A DNA stretch of 58,558 nt from a virus (Duplodnaviria > Caudoviricetes). Positions 18,795-28,447 of this stretch are shown in pieces. Position 1 is the first letter of the stretch, and each line of letters opens with the position of its first letter. The notes beneath the pieces were generated by a model. That model made no database searches. It had not been told where the DNA came from and was given only the letters and a program-made list of their open reading frames with translations. Position numbers and translations under genes: made by a program. The stretch lies in IMG/VR virus record IMGVR_UViG_3300036770_003861, positions 1 through 58,558 of that record, one strand, 5' to 3'.

Positions 18795-19763
18795 TTACTT
18801 CGCAACCCAGCCCGTGTTCCCGACGCCGCTTTCCTTCACGTACAGCGTGGTGTTCGCCCCGCCGTCGGAGCGAGTGTAGAGAGCCCCAACGGGCGCAGTG
18901 AGAACGCCCTCGGGCGACCCCGCGCCCGAGAACATGCGAACGCCGGAGTCCGTCCAGACCTGCGTCGACGCGTTGTAGGTGATCACTTCGCCGTTTATCG
19001 GAGCGGCGAGACTGACGTTGCCGTCCGTGCCGCCAAGCACGGATCCGGCGCTGACGCGAACGAAGATGGAGCCGTTCGAGGGATTGGCGTTGATGACGAT
19101 CGCCATCAGAACTTTCGGGTTCGGGGCGGTCGGCGCGGTGTCGGAGAGTGCGCCGGTGGCGGTCGGGTCATACCAGAGGATTGTGCCGTCGACCCACGTC
19201 TCGCCGTAATTTGCGCCGTTGGTCTGGATACCCTCGACGAGGCCGAAGGCCGTCACATATCCGAATTGATTGTTTGAAAGCGTCTGGGCGGCGACGCCCA
19301 TAATGTACTGCCCATCGTTCACGCCCAAGCCCGCCGCGGCAGACGCGAGAATGACGCCCGAGTTGCCGACTGACCCGACGGCCATGACGACTTGGCCCTT
19401 GGTGATGGCCCCGGAGGCCTTGACGCGGTAGAACGTCTGGAAGCCGACCTTCTGGCTTACGCCCCCGCCGTTCATGCCGACGAAGAGGGTGTCGTCCACC
19501 GCGTCCCACGCGACCTGCCCCTCGACGGGCGTGATCCCGGCGGCAGTGTCGAACTTGATTGAGTTTGGCGTTGCGATGTCGCCAGTCACGCCGGACATCG
19601 AGGTGATGTCGGAATTTGCGCCCTTCGCGGCCCAGTTCGAGGCGGCGTTTCCAACGTCTTCGGTAGTCGTGCGCACAGACGTGCCGGCCTGAACAGCCTC
19701 AAGCTGTTCGGTGCCGTTGAGGGCGATGGCGACAGGGAGGTTCGGGATCTGTTGAAAAGCCAT
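18795..19763 (-). CDS. Structural/tail protein
   Basis: MAFQQIPNLP anchor; GSPEGVLTAPVGALYTRSDGG...LYVKESG motif. Confidence 0.65.
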   Translation of the reverse strand: MAFQQIPNLPVAIALNGTEQLEAVQAGTSVRTTTEDVGNAASNWAAKGANSDITSMSGVTGDIATPNSIKFDTAAGITPVEGQVAWDAVDDTLFVGMNGGGVSQKVGFQTFYRVKASGAITKGQVVMAVGSVGNSGVILASAAAGLGVNDGQYIMGVAAQTLSNNQFGYVTAFGLVEGIQTNGANYGETWVDGTILWYDPTATGALSDTAPTAPNPKVLMAIVINANPSNGSIFVRVSAGSVLGGTDGNVSLAAPINGEVITYNASTQVWTDSGVRMFSGAGSPEGVLTAPVGALYTRSDGGANTTLYVKESGVGNTGWVAK

Positions 19764-20257
19764 CAAAGCGGTCCTGTGTTAGGAACGTCGACGTTATCGG
19801 GCGGCACGCCAATCAAACCCGGGGCATTTGGGTCAGTGCCCGGAGTTTCATTGAAGCTGCCCGAAGGAACTCCGGTCTGCTGCGTCACGCGAACGCCGTC
19901 GTCTTCGGTAGTGCGAACGTCTCCGCCCGGAATTGAAATTCCAGTCGTAGGATCGACACTGTCTAGTCCCGACGTCACCCGTGTATTGCTCGCCGACTGC
20001 ACGTAGTCTGGAACACGGGGATTTAAGATCGGCACAGGATCCGCGGGTATGACAATCGCGCGAAGTTGTTGTTGAGGCACATCATTGCATCTGTAGCACA
20101 CTAAAATTCGGCGGTTGATCAGAGACCCGCCGGCCCAGTCGTGCTGCCATCTCAAATTAATGTGATTGTACAAAAAACCACAGCGATCACATTGCCCCGC
20201 AGCCTGTGGATTGCGGGAGCTTATTCTGGCGCGGCCTTGTCGACTGGCGTAGCCCAT
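19763..20257 (-). CDS. Conserved hypothetical protein with CxxC...CxxC
   Basis: CDRCGF...VCYRCND.PQ.QL...DP.PI.NPR. Confidence 0.7.
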   Translation of the reverse strand: MGYASRQGRARISSRNPQAAGQCDRCGFLYNHINLRWQHDWAGGSLINRRILVCYRCNDVPQQQLRAIVIPADPVPILNPRVPDYVQSASNTRVTSGLDSVDPTTGISIPGGDVRTTEDDGVRVTQQTGVPSGSFNETPGTDPNAPGLIGVPPDNVDVPNTGPL

Positions 20258-20290
20258 TACACTGCGTCCTTGGCGTTACGTTCTTGTCAG

Positions 20291-20318
20291 AGACTAAAAG
20301 TTTCAGGTTTTTATTCAA
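20291..20318 (-). promoter_or_regulatory. Possible sigma70-like promoter
   Basis: TTGAAT-16-TAGTCT on the minus strand in an AT-rich gap. Confidence 0.35.
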
Positions 20319-20343
20319 TGCTCCGTTTCAAATAAATGTCTGA

Positions 20344-21039
20344 TCAGGGCCTCCAGTAGCCCGAGAGCATCGGGGAAATGTACTGCTGCGCGTTCTCCAC
20401 GTTCTGAGACGCGGCGATCTTGTACGCCTCGTCGGCCAGCGGCTTCAGCATGGCGACCTTGTCCGGCGACCAGATGAGCGCGAGGCGGGACGCGAGGTTC
20501 GTGGCGAACGCGTCGAGCCAGAGGTAGGGCACTTCGACCTGCTCGCCGTTCTGCAGGTTCGCGTCCTGTATGCGGCGCACCCGGTAATATTTCAGCGTCT
20601 GGTTGCCCGACGTCGCGAAGGGCACGGGCCACAGGGTCACGGTGGGGGAGATGAGGCGATCGAACCAGTAGACCGTGGGGAAGCCCCGGCGGTCCTTGTT
20701 GGGGTAGGACGCGTACTCCGTGCGGCTCACGGGCATGATGATCCGGTCGATGTCCTCGCCGGTCACGTTGCTCTGGATGTAGGCGTCGAGGATCATGACG
20801 GTGTTGGCGTCGACCGGGTAGGTCGACTGGTCATTGACGAGCGGGACGGTGACCAGATCCACCGCCCAGAGGTTCACGCCCTGATTTGAGAAGCTCGCGC
20901 AGAGCATGTTCGACGCCATGCGCGCGGCCTCGAAGTGCTCCTGAAGAAGCGAAGTCGGGCGAATGCCGATGAGATTGTACGCGTAGAGGACAATCTCGCC
21001 AAGCGACGGGTTGTAGGAGTACGTGTTGCTCGTCGCCAT
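20344..21039 (-). CDS. Head-tail connector/adaptor protein
   Basis: MATSNTYSYNP...NQGVNLW...YASYPNK..G.P..YWFDR...LWPVP pattern. Confidence 0.7.
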   Translation of the reverse strand: MATSNTYSYNPSLGEIVLYAYNLIGIRPTSLLQEHFEAARMASNMLCASFSNQGVNLWAVDLVTVPLVNDQSTYPVDANTVMILDAYIQSNVTGEDIDRIIMPVSRTEYASYPNKDRRGFPTVYWFDRLISPTVTLWPVPFATSGNQTLKYYRVRRIQDANLQNGEQVEVPYLWLDAFATNLASRLALIWSPDKVAMLKPLADEAYKIAASQNVENAQQYISPMLSGYWRP

Positions 21040-21482
21040 CAGGGTGCCTCGTCGTCAAATGGGTCGACGGGCTCTGGCTCTGGCTCGGGAGGCGTCTCCT
21101 CCTTCGCCTTCAGCCCCATCGCAACAAGCGACGCCTGCGGGTCGTTCCCGGTGATCGCCGTCAGGTGATCCGGCGTCGCAAGCGGCGCGACAGGCTCGTC
21201 TTCGGTTGGCGTCCAGAAGATCAGGGCCGCCTGAGCCGCGTTGGCCGCGTCCATGTCGATGATGTCGTCCACGTCCCACTCGGGCCGCACAAGCGGCGAC
21301 TGCGCGGTCTCAATCCAAGCCTCGCTGGCCTCGAACGACGCGCAGGAGTAGAGGTTCCCGTCGTCGTCCTGCCACGCGATGTTGACGAACGTCAGCCCGT
21401 CCGCTGCGGACTGGCCGAGGCACATAGCGAGGTTGTTCGCCTCATACATCATCGCCTCTGGGCAGGCTGCTGTGATCCGCAT
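21039..21482 (-). CDS. Hypothetical protein (possible RBP chaperone)
   Basis: Acidic 147-aa ORF tightly coupled downstream of the LRR RBP. Confidence 0.6.
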   Translation of the reverse strand: MRITAACPEAMMYEANNLAMCLGQSAADGLTFVNIAWQDDDGNLYSCASFEASEAWIETAQSPLVRPEWDVDDIIDMDAANAAQAALIFWTPTEDEPVAPLATPDHLTAITGNDPQASLVAMGLKAKEETPPEPEPEPVDPFDDEAP

Positions 21483-21483
21483 G

Positions 21484-24237
21484 TTAGTAGCCTCCCGTTA
21501 CAGTGACAGTCCAACCGAGACCGCGCAGCGTGTCGATTGCAGCCTCGCCAGTGGCGGAAGGCGCGCTGCCGCCGGACTGATTGAACACCCGCGTGCCAGT
21601 AGACTGACCAGACGTTGCAAGGCTCACCAAAATGTTGTCGATGCTGGTTTGGCTGAGATTGGTGTTTGTAAAAGCGTTGGTGAAGTCTGTCCCTAAGCAT
21701 GTGTCGAACATGTTCGCGGGGAACGTAGTGAGGCTGGTGCAATTAAACCAAGTGGCTTGGAAGCTCGTTCCCGAGCTTATGTCAAGCGCAGGGAAGCTGG
21801 TGAGGCTAGAGCAATTATTCCATGTGTTGTTGAAAATTTGCCCTGCGCTTACATCAACAACAGGGAAGCTGGCAAGGTTGGTGCAGTTCTGCCATGCGCC
21901 TGAGAAGCTCGTCCCTGCGCTCATGTCAAGCGCCGGAAAGCTAGTGAGGCCGGTGCAGTTATACCATGTAGTTCCGAAGTTAGTCCCCGCGCTCGTGTCG
22001 ATAAGCGGGAAGCTGGTGAGGCCAACGCAGCCATTCCAAGAATTAACAAAATTTGTCCCCGAGCCTGTGTCAAGCGCCGAGAAGCTGGTGAGGCCGGTGC
22101 AGCCCTGCCATGCGCTTTGGAAGGTCGCCCCAGCGCCTGTGTCAATAAACGGGAAACTGGTGAGACTGGAGCAGCCCTGCCACGCGAAAAAAAAGGTTGT
22201 TCCTGCACTCGTATCGAGAACAGGGAAACTGGTGAGACTGGAGCAGCCCTGCCACGTGCGTGTGAAGTTCGTCCCCGAGCTTGTGTCAAGCGCCGGGAAG
22301 CTGGTGAGGCCGGAGCAGGTATACCATGTGGTTGTGAAATTCGTCCCCGCGCTTGTGTCGATCAGCGGAAAGCTGGTGAGGCCGGTGCAGTTCAACCATG
22401 TGCCTGTGAAATTCGTCCCCGCGCTTGTGTCTATGTCATCAGGGAAGCTCGTAATCTCCGTCCAGCTATTCCAATAATTGCTGAAGTTCGTCACCGTCCC
22501 GTAGTCGTCCCCGCCGCCCTTGGCTTTCCAGAACTGCACGGTGCGATTGATCTCGTCGTTGGTCATCGCGCCATCGCGCACGATCTGGCCCACAAGCGCA
22601 GTGCCGGGGAAGTACAGCCCGTTGGTGTGCCCGCCAATCTCCAGCGAGCCGGAGGACTTGCTATAGCCATACGCAGCCGTGCCCTCTGGCGTCGAGAGCA
22701 CCATCGTCCCGCTGATCGTCGGGAGCGTAACGGACCAACGGTCGTCAATCCGATCCATCAGCGCGCTGTAGAACGACAGCTTGCCAGCCTCGGTCACGTC
22801 GTTGGCGTTGGTAACCTTCTGGTAGGCGGTGGCGGTTGAGCCGACCTCTAGCTGCGCTCCCCAGATGTAGCATCCGTCACCTGCTGTCCCTGCAAAGTTG
22901 TTGGTTGTGCCATTTTGCAAATCTATAATAAGGGAGCCCCCAGCGTCTAAAGAAGTAAAAGTCAATCTGCAACGATACCACCCACCACCAACATCTTCGA
23001 TGGTTGCTGTTGGGCTAGAGATACGACCGCCTAGGTTGTTGTTAGTCCACGCAACAGAACCAGAGCCGGTAAGACTAAATCCGTATGTTGCAAAAGCCGT
23101 TGGGGATGTTTTCAAAACACCAAGCATAATTTCATATTCGTCGGCCTGCGCGTAAAGCGTAAATGTGTATGTGGCTAACGACAAGGATAATACATAACTA
23201 ATCCTGTGAGTGGTGAGAACGCCATTTGTTTCCAGCTTGTCAGCCGTTAATAAACCATCTGGAGCTATAACTGCATTTGCAGATACAGCACTGCTACTCT
23301 TAACCCACACCGCATTATCAAACTGCTCCGTATACAGCAGCAAGTTCCGCACGCCGCCCTCCGGCACGCGGCGGAGAATAGGACGCGCGGCGAGCGTGGC
23401 TTGGGTGGCGGGGTAGCTGGAAAGCTCCTTGACGGAGACGTTGTCTAGAGAAATGATATTCCCAGCGGAAGTTGCGGCAGCAATTAAACCGATATAGTAT
23501 TGTTTTTCCGATGTTACCGTAAATATTATTTCAAAGGCCCCACTATTTGGGCCTGCTCCGAGGTTTGTGTTAACCGGCGCTATAAATCCTCCGGAGGTTT
23601 GCAGAGTGCTATCGTCCGCAATCCTAAAGAAACTATCAGAATTTCCAGATCCAATAGTATAATCAAAAGATAATTTATAGACGCCAACACTTAACACACC
23701 CAGCGATGCTACAGGCCCGTAAGCGGAGGCGGTAGTAGCCTCTGCTTGCAAAGACCCGCTAACAACAGACAAGGTTGAATTCGATCTTGCGCTACTCCAA
23801 CCAGTCGTCCCGCTATCAAACGTGCCATTCGTCACAAGCTCAGGACCAAGCGCCAAGTCATCATGCTTGTCCAAGATCAGCGCAAGCGCATTACCCGGAA
23901 CAGCAGCGGTCGAACCCGTGGTGTCCGTAAACACCGTCGCCGCATCAGCAGGGTCGTACCAGAACCCGTCCTCGCCCAACGCGAACAGGTCGGAGAACAT
24001 GTTGTCGCTGTCGTTCAGCCAGTTCAGCTTGTCAATGAACGACGACGCCAGCTCGTAGTTGTTGATCTGGTTCGCGGCGTTGGCGTAGTTGTTGAGGATC
24101 GCGCGAACAGCGCCCCAGCTCCCCGCGCCGGACAGCGCCGTGCTGGAGCCCGCCCAGTAATTCGCAATGGACGACAGTTTGGTCTGCGTCTGCGCCGTCG
24201 TATCAGTGCCAGCGAAGGGAGTGGTAATGTTGGTCAC
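21484..24237 (-). CDS. Putative receptor-binding protein with carbohydrate-binding-like modules and BspA/DUF285-like LRRs
   Basis: GPELVTNGTFD and RNLLLYTEQFDNAVW...IWGAQLEVG modules, then ~11 x 24-aa LTSFPxIDTSAGTNFxxxWxxC repeats. Confidence 0.7.
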   Translation of the reverse strand: MTNITTPFAGTDTTAQTQTKLSSIANYWAGSSTALSGAGSWGAVRAILNNYANAANQINNYELASSFIDKLNWLNDSDNMFSDLFALGEDGFWYDPADAATVFTDTTGSTAAVPGNALALILDKHDDLALGPELVTNGTFDSGTTGWSSARSNSTLSVVSGSLQAEATTASAYGPVASLGVLSVGVYKLSFDYTIGSGNSDSFFRIADDSTLQTSGGFIAPVNTNLGAGPNSGAFEIIFTVTSEKQYYIGLIAAATSAGNIISLDNVSVKELSSYPATQATLAARPILRRVPEGGVRNLLLYTEQFDNAVWVKSSSAVSANAVIAPDGLLTADKLETNGVLTTHRISYVLSLSLATYTFTLYAQADEYEIMLGVLKTSPTAFATYGFSLTGSGSVAWTNNNLGGRISSPTATIEDVGGGWYRCRLTFTSLDAGGSLIIDLQNGTTNNFAGTAGDGCYIWGAQLEVGSTATAYQKVTNANDVTEAGKLSFYSALMDRIDDRWSVTLPTISGTMVLSTPEGTAAYGYSKSSGSLEIGGHTNGLYFPGTALVGQIVRDGAMTNDEINRTVQFWKAKGGGDDYGTVTNFSNYWNSWTEITSFPDDIDTSAGTNFTGTWLNCTGLTSFPLIDTSAGTNFTTTWYTCSGLTSFPALDTSSGTNFTRTWQGCSSLTSFPVLDTSAGTTFFFAWQGCSSLTSFPFIDTGAGATFQSAWQGCTGLTSFSALDTGSGTNFVNSWNGCVGLTSFPLIDTSAGTNFGTTWYNCTGLTSFPALDMSAGTSFSGAWQNCTNLASFPVVDVSAGQIFNNTWNNCSSLTSFPALDISSGTSFQATWFNCTSLTTFPANMFDTCLGTDFTNAFTNTNLSQTSIDNILVSLATSGQSTGTRVFNQSGGSAPSATGEAAIDTLRGLGWTVTVTGGY
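21670..22490. repeat. ~11 x 72-bp coding repeats (LRR)
   Basis: Recurring GAAGCTGGTGAGGC(C/T)GG at 72-bp period; boundaries approximate. Confidence 0.85.
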
Positions 24238-24437
24238 GGGTAAACCTCGTCATCAATCCAGAAGCCGCTGGGGTTCCAAACGCCCGTGTCTAAGAAGAAC
24301 GGGGAAGTCGGGTAGGCAATGCTATCAATCCAAATGCCGCTCGGATCCCAGACGCCAGTGGCGAGGAACCAGTCGGTAATGGGCCGGGAGCTCCCAAACC
24401 CCAAGAAGGCCAAACCATTTCCGAGCGAGAGGCCCAT
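24234..24437 (-). CDS. Small structural protein (WxxxGxWxD repeat)
   Basis: MGLSLGNGL; duplicated FLxTGVWxPSGxWID. Confidence 0.65.
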   Translation of the reverse strand: MGLSLGNGLAFLGFGSSRPITDWFLATGVWDPSGIWIDSIAYPTSPFFLDTGVWNPSGFWIDDEVYP

Positions 24438-24443
24438 ACTGAC

Positions 24444-24842
24444 TTATCCTTGACCCGGAACAGGCGTAGGCGGCTTGATCGGCGTGATGGGAGGCACGCC
24501 AGCCGCAGCTTGCTGCGCCGCCTTGGTCTGATCCCACTGGAATGCCTGATTGAGGATGTCGTTCATGACAGCCTCCGCGTAGGCCGTGAGGGCCTCCTCC
24601 GGCGTAGCGGGACGAGACACCCACTCTTGCACGAGGATCGTCGGAGGCGGGTCGTTCGGGTCTTCCTGATCCGGGCTGTAGGCCGGGTTCGGGACTTCCT
24701 TCTGAACGTTCTCGGTGACCGTGCCGTAGGGCGTTGCGGCGATGAGATACTCGACAACGCGGGCACTGTCGGCATCGGACAGCTCCATCTCGACATCGAG
24801 CGTCAGGTCAGGGCTGATGACCCCATAGTGAACTTTAGCCAT
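24444..24842 (-). CDS. Hypothetical protein (tail fibre assembly-like)
   Basis: AGGAGG RBS; in the fibre cassette. Confidence 0.6.
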   Translation of the reverse strand: MAKVHYGVISPDLTLDVEMELSDADSARVVEYLIAATPYGTVTENVQKEVPNPAYSPDQEDPNDPPPTILVQEWVSRPATPEEALTAYAEAVMNDILNQAFQWDQTKAAQQAAAGVPPITPIKPPTPVPGQG

Positions 24843-25040
24843 TTATGCGGCCTCCTGAATGTCGGCCACGGGAGCCGGGGTTGTCTTGTTCGCCTCAGCG
24901 ACGGCTTGTTCGAGCTTCTCAAACAGCGGCACAGCCGCCTTTGCGCCCTGAATGCCGGACGCCTTAACGGCTGCATCCAGCAGCGCGCCGAGCGCCTGCA
25001 CTTCTGCGGAATTGAGCGTCAACGTGATCGTAGGTTCCAT
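24843..25040 (-). CDS. Small hypothetical protein
   Basis: GGGGAG RBS; MEPTITLTL...LLDAAVKASG. Confidence 0.65.
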   Translation of the reverse strand: MEPTITLTLNSAEVQALGALLDAAVKASGIQGAKAAVPLFEKLEQAVAEANKTTPAPVADIQEAA

Positions 25041-25050
25041 GGTTCTCCCC

Positions 25051-26637
25051 TTAGAGTGCTTCAGCCGGAACTTTGTAAGCAGTGCCGGTGCTGTCGTACA
25101 GAACAATGTAGCCGGTCGCTGTCGGTGCGCCAGCCGTGTAGGCGGTCTCGGTCGTCAGCTTGCCTTGGATGGAGCCGAAGTCGCTGTCGTCGGCAAGGCG
25201 GGCTTGCAGCGTCGTGGTGCTGCGCTTCAGGGCGGGGAAGCTAGAGGTGGTGCCGCCGAAATTAAGTCTGCCAAAATCATTTAGAGCAGCATTAAACAAA
25301 GTGATTTGCCCATCAGCCGGGCTACGAAGCCTGCTGTTTATATCAAAATTTATACCGCCTGTTCCTGTAAAAACACTGGTCCCAACGTACACATTGCGCG
25401 GCCTGTTCCCGCCGGACGCGCCGATGTCGTAGACGTTATTAGAACCGTAAGTTCCAAAGTGGCCGGATGTGTTGATAAACCACTGCGCGCCGCCGCCAGT
25501 TCCAAAAACCAACTCGCGCGCAACGCCCGTTCCGGCACTTTCTGTTCTGATTATTGCAAGGTTGCTGCTCCAGATAAAGCTAAGTCGCTCATAATCAGCG
25601 CCAGCGTTTGCCCACGTATTGTAAACCCGGAACGTCTGCGCAGCCGCGCCGTTGCGCAGCGCGAGGGTGTTGGCGGCGTCGCGCTCAAGCGCCAAATCTT
25701 CTACAAAGGCAACACTAGCTTGAACTGACGCGCCAAACCCAACACGAGCAGTTCTGAAATTTCTAGGAGCAGTAATGCCACCGCCGTTTGTTATTAAGCG
25801 TAACATGTTGCTCGTTGCGGCGCTGTCAGTACGCAAAAGTTCTACTTCCGTGGCACTGTTCCACCTAAATAGAATTCCATTGGTCTGACCGCTGGCGAGA
25901 GACTCAAATACATAGGCATTAACCAACGCATTTTGATTAATTCCTGACGACCCCGACGCAGATTGACTAAGTATGATCGACCCACCCTTGCCCGATCCGG
26001 TGGACTGCGAGCCTGCGATGGTGAAGTTCGCGCCTGCGATGTTCGTGCCGGAGCCGCCCTGAACGCTCAGGGTCTGCGCTACAGGCGTGCCGGAGTCCAC
26101 TGCGCCGAGGGCTAAATTGGCGGCGTCACGGCGGCGGAGGGTGAGGTCAATCGAGCCGTTTAGAAAAACACTACTCCCCCACGACACAGCGTAACCGCTC
26201 GCCATATGGTAGCCATAAGTAGGGCTGTTAGCCACTTGCAAAACAGCGTCGCCAGATGATGACAGCGAAGTAATGCTTCCTGCCGAGACGACAGCTCCTC
26301 CTTTTAAAACCTTAAACCTACTCGTCGTCGTCCCGCTAACGGTCGTCTGCAAATCCATCAGCAGGGAGTTCGCATTGCTCGCGGTGTCGGTCGCGTTAAA
26401 TTTCAACCCCGTGAACGTGACGCCGCTATTGTTCCACGTCTGCTCCAAGTTCAAGACCGGCGCGTTGGCAGTGACCGTAGCGCCCGAGAGCGTCGTGGAG
26501 CCCAGCAAGCCGCCAGCAAGCTGCTGGCCCGTCATCTTGACCGGCCCGATGCCGGTGGTCTGGACGACTGGGAGGATGTCTGTCGCCGCAAGATCAGCAG
26601 CCGAGGCGGTGAGGCCGGAGATCGCTGTGTTAGCCAT
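25051..26637 (-). CDS. Tail fibre protein
   Basis: MANTAISGLT anchor; repeated RDAANxLAL; YDIGASG.NRPRNVYVG. Confidence 0.7.
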   Translation of the reverse strand: MANTAISGLTASAADLAATDILPVVQTTGIGPVKMTGQQLAGGLLGSTTLSGATVTANAPVLNLEQTWNNSGVTFTGLKFNATDTASNANSLLMDLQTTVSGTTTSRFKVLKGGAVVSAGSITSLSSSGDAVLQVANSPTYGYHMASGYAVSWGSSVFLNGSIDLTLRRRDAANLALGAVDSGTPVAQTLSVQGGSGTNIAGANFTIAGSQSTGSGKGGSIILSQSASGSSGINQNALVNAYVFESLASGQTNGILFRWNSATEVELLRTDSAATSNMLRLITNGGGITAPRNFRTARVGFGASVQASVAFVEDLALERDAANTLALRNGAAAQTFRVYNTWANAGADYERLSFIWSSNLAIIRTESAGTGVARELVFGTGGGAQWFINTSGHFGTYGSNNVYDIGASGGNRPRNVYVGTSVFTGTGGINFDINSRLRSPADGQITLFNAALNDFGRLNFGGTTSSFPALKRSTTTLQARLADDSDFGSIQGKLTTETAYTAGAPTATGYIVLYDSTGTAYKVPAEAL

Positions 26638-26642
26638 TCAAG

Positions 26643-26807
26643 TTACTCCTGCAAGAGGAAGGACAGGCCGTCCTCCAGCATCAAAAAATCGGTGGTGTTC
26701 TCGAGCAAAATGCCTTCGCCTCCCGGAGGCCCCGGGGGCCCAGAGCTGCTGCTGACGGCCAGACCAGAGGTCTGCGTGAGACCAGATGGAGACGAAAGGC
26801 CGCCCAT
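26643..26807 (-). CDS. 54-aa structural peptide (…GILLENTTDFLMLEDGLSFLLQE)
   Basis: Fills the gap exactly between the flanking genes; the LLE..LxLED..LLQE tail is common before phage fibres. Not in the ORF track. Confidence 0.6.
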   Translation of the reverse strand: MGGLSSPSGLTQTSGLAVSSSSGPPGPPGGEGILLENTTDFLMLEDGLSFLLQE

Positions 26808-27749
26808 TTACTTCGGCCCGTTCGAGCTTTGGAGGAAGGTCGCAGTCACCGAGCCCGTGCTGACATTCGTCACGACCACGCGAGCGTAGCGCGGAGCAAA
26901 CAGGAAGTTCGACTGCACCGTCGTCGTTGCGGTGACCGCGAGCGTGTCCGACGTGTCCACCCAGCTCATCGCCGACGTCGAGGCCGGCGTGAACGGGTCG
27001 TTCGGGTCGTCGAGCGTGCTCTGCACCGAGTAGGTGACGGAGCCGATCGCATTGCACTGGATCGAGATGTTCGAGGGAGCGAAGTCGTCGAAGCGCACCC
27101 ACGGGGACGTCGCCGTCGCCGTCATGCCGACAGTGATCGCGCCCGCAGCATTGGCCGAGATCGTGACGCTCGTCACCGAGCTGAAGTACGAGACCGTCGT
27201 GACTGTCGTCGTATTGGGCCCCGTGATCGTCTCCGAGATCACCTCGCCGTTGACCCCAAAGCCGCTGACGACAAACGTCTTGCCGCTGTCGTCGGCGGCC
27301 GACGTGATCGTCACCTGCCGGGCGGTGGATCCGGTGAACGTCGCGTCCTCGAAGGAGCCGACCGTCACGGGGCCGGAGTTGCCGCTCACCGCGACGTTGG
27401 ACACGGACGTGAAGCGATTGACGCTCACCGCGGCCTTCGCGTTCGCGCCCGGGATCACCTCAGTCAGGGGCCTGCCCTTCACATCGAAGCCCGTGACCGT
27501 GAAATTGATGCCCGTGTCGTTGTTGGTGCTCGTCACGTAGACATAGCTGGGCGGGAACGAGACGACGCTCGCCGTGAGCGTGAGGTTGCTCGCGCCGCCC
27601 GGATCCTGCGACCCTGCAATGTTGTTGGCGCTGGACGTGGACCCCGCCCCGTTGATCACCAACTGGCCAGCGTTCGGCGTCTGAGACAGAGCCACCTGAT
27701 TGGTCACTGCGGCCGTAACGGGGCCGACGCTAACTGTCTTCGCCTGCAT
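26808..27749 (-). CDS. Virion structural protein
   Basis: Internally duplicated 'TS..NDSG.TF.V.G....G....E.I.GPN' beta-rich domain. Confidence 0.65.
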   Translation of the reverse strand: MQAKTVSVGPVTAAVTNQVALSQTPNAGQLVINGAGSTSSANNIAGSQDPGGASNLTLTASVVSFPPSYVYVTSTNNDTGINFTVTGFDVKGRPLTEVIPGANAKAAVSVNRFTSVSNVAVSGNSGPVTVGSFEDATFTGSTARQVTITSAADDSGKTFVVSGFGVNGEVISETITGPNTTTVTTVSYFSSVTSVTISANAAGAITVGMTATATSPWVRFDDFAPSNISIQCNAIGSVTYSVQSTLDDPNDPFTPASTSAMSWVDTSDTLAVTATTTVQSNFLFAPRYARVVVTNVSTGSVTATFLQSSNGPK

Positions 27750-27750
27750 C

Positions 27751-27921
27751 TCACTTGCCTTTCTTGGACGCGCGCATGGCCGTCACGTTATCCACGAGAT
27801 TTGGGTAAGGGCGGCCGGCGGACCGAGCCCGCGCCTTCGCAGACTTCACCTGCTGGCGGCTCATGTTTTTGTCCTTGGCGTCCGAGGGAGCGTCTTTCTC
27901 CCAAAAAGGTTTCTGCGCCAT
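27751..27921 (-). CDS. 56-aa basic protein (…AKARARSAGRPYPNLVDN…)
   Basis: Fills the gap between neighbouring genes; familiar small phage head-region motif. Not in the ORF track. Confidence 0.65.
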   Translation of the reverse strand: MAQKPFWEKDAPSDAKDKNMSRQQVKSAKARARSAGRPYPNLVDNVTAMRASKKGK

Positions 27922-27922
27922 G

Positions 27923-28168
27923 TCAGCAGTCCCACTTTCTCAGCGCTTTGTTGATGCGGCTGTCAGGATCCGCGGCCTTCGCAGAGCCGGTCAGCTTTCG
28001 CTTCATGCCTGTCATCCTAGCACAGAACGACTTCTTTCGCGAACCCCCCTCGGGCTGGGGGCGCTTAATGTCTTGGCCCGCGGCGCGCAAAGAGGCGCGG
28101 CCCTTCTCATTCAGGCCCCCGGAGGGGCTCTTACCCTCCTTGCGGGTCCAAGCAGGTGACTTTGCCAT
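27923..28168 (-). CDS. DUF6321-like basic protein
   Basis: MAKSPAWTRKEGKSPSGGLNEKGRAS...SFCARM...DPDSRINKALRKWDC. Confidence 0.75.
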   Translation of the reverse strand: MAKSPAWTRKEGKSPSGGLNEKGRASLRAAGQDIKRPQPEGGSRKKSFCARMTGMKRKLTGSAKAADPDSRINKALRKWDC

Positions 28169-28240
28169 CGTACTCTCCACGCAAGTGCGGGGGCGCAAAG
28201 GCCCCCGCTCCCACCATCGACCCAAGGAAGGGGGCCTAGA

Positions 28241-28435
28241 TCAATAGTGAGAAGCCTTACCGCGGGGCGTGCCCGAGGCCGCGGACGAGAAGACCGCGCC
28301 GCCGCTCTTGCGCGCCGGACGCTCCTCCTTCTCTGCGTGCGACATGACCTTCTTGGCCATGCCGCCCTTCTTGAAACCACCCGTCTTGCCCTTGGCTTCC
28401 TTGATCGTAGAAGCCTTACCTTCGTATGCACCCAT
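28241..28435 (-). CDS. 64-aa basic protein with two GG motifs
   Basis: AGGAGG RBS; FKKGGMA and RKSGGAV. Confidence 0.7.
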   Translation of the reverse strand: MGAYEGKASTIKEAKGKTGGFKKGGMAKKVMSHAEKEERPARKSGGAVFSSAASGTPRGKASHY

Positions 28436-28447
28436 GGAAGCCTCCTA

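Noticed and set aside
22187-22194. A8 tract in the LRR gene as a phase-variation or frameshift site
   Set aside because: Single short run, in frame (encodes FFF); no supporting evidence.
21670-22490. 72-bp repeats as CRISPR or DGR template/variable repeats
   Set aside because: They are degenerate coding LRRs; no reverse transcriptase or cas genes, and variation is not visibly adenine-specific.
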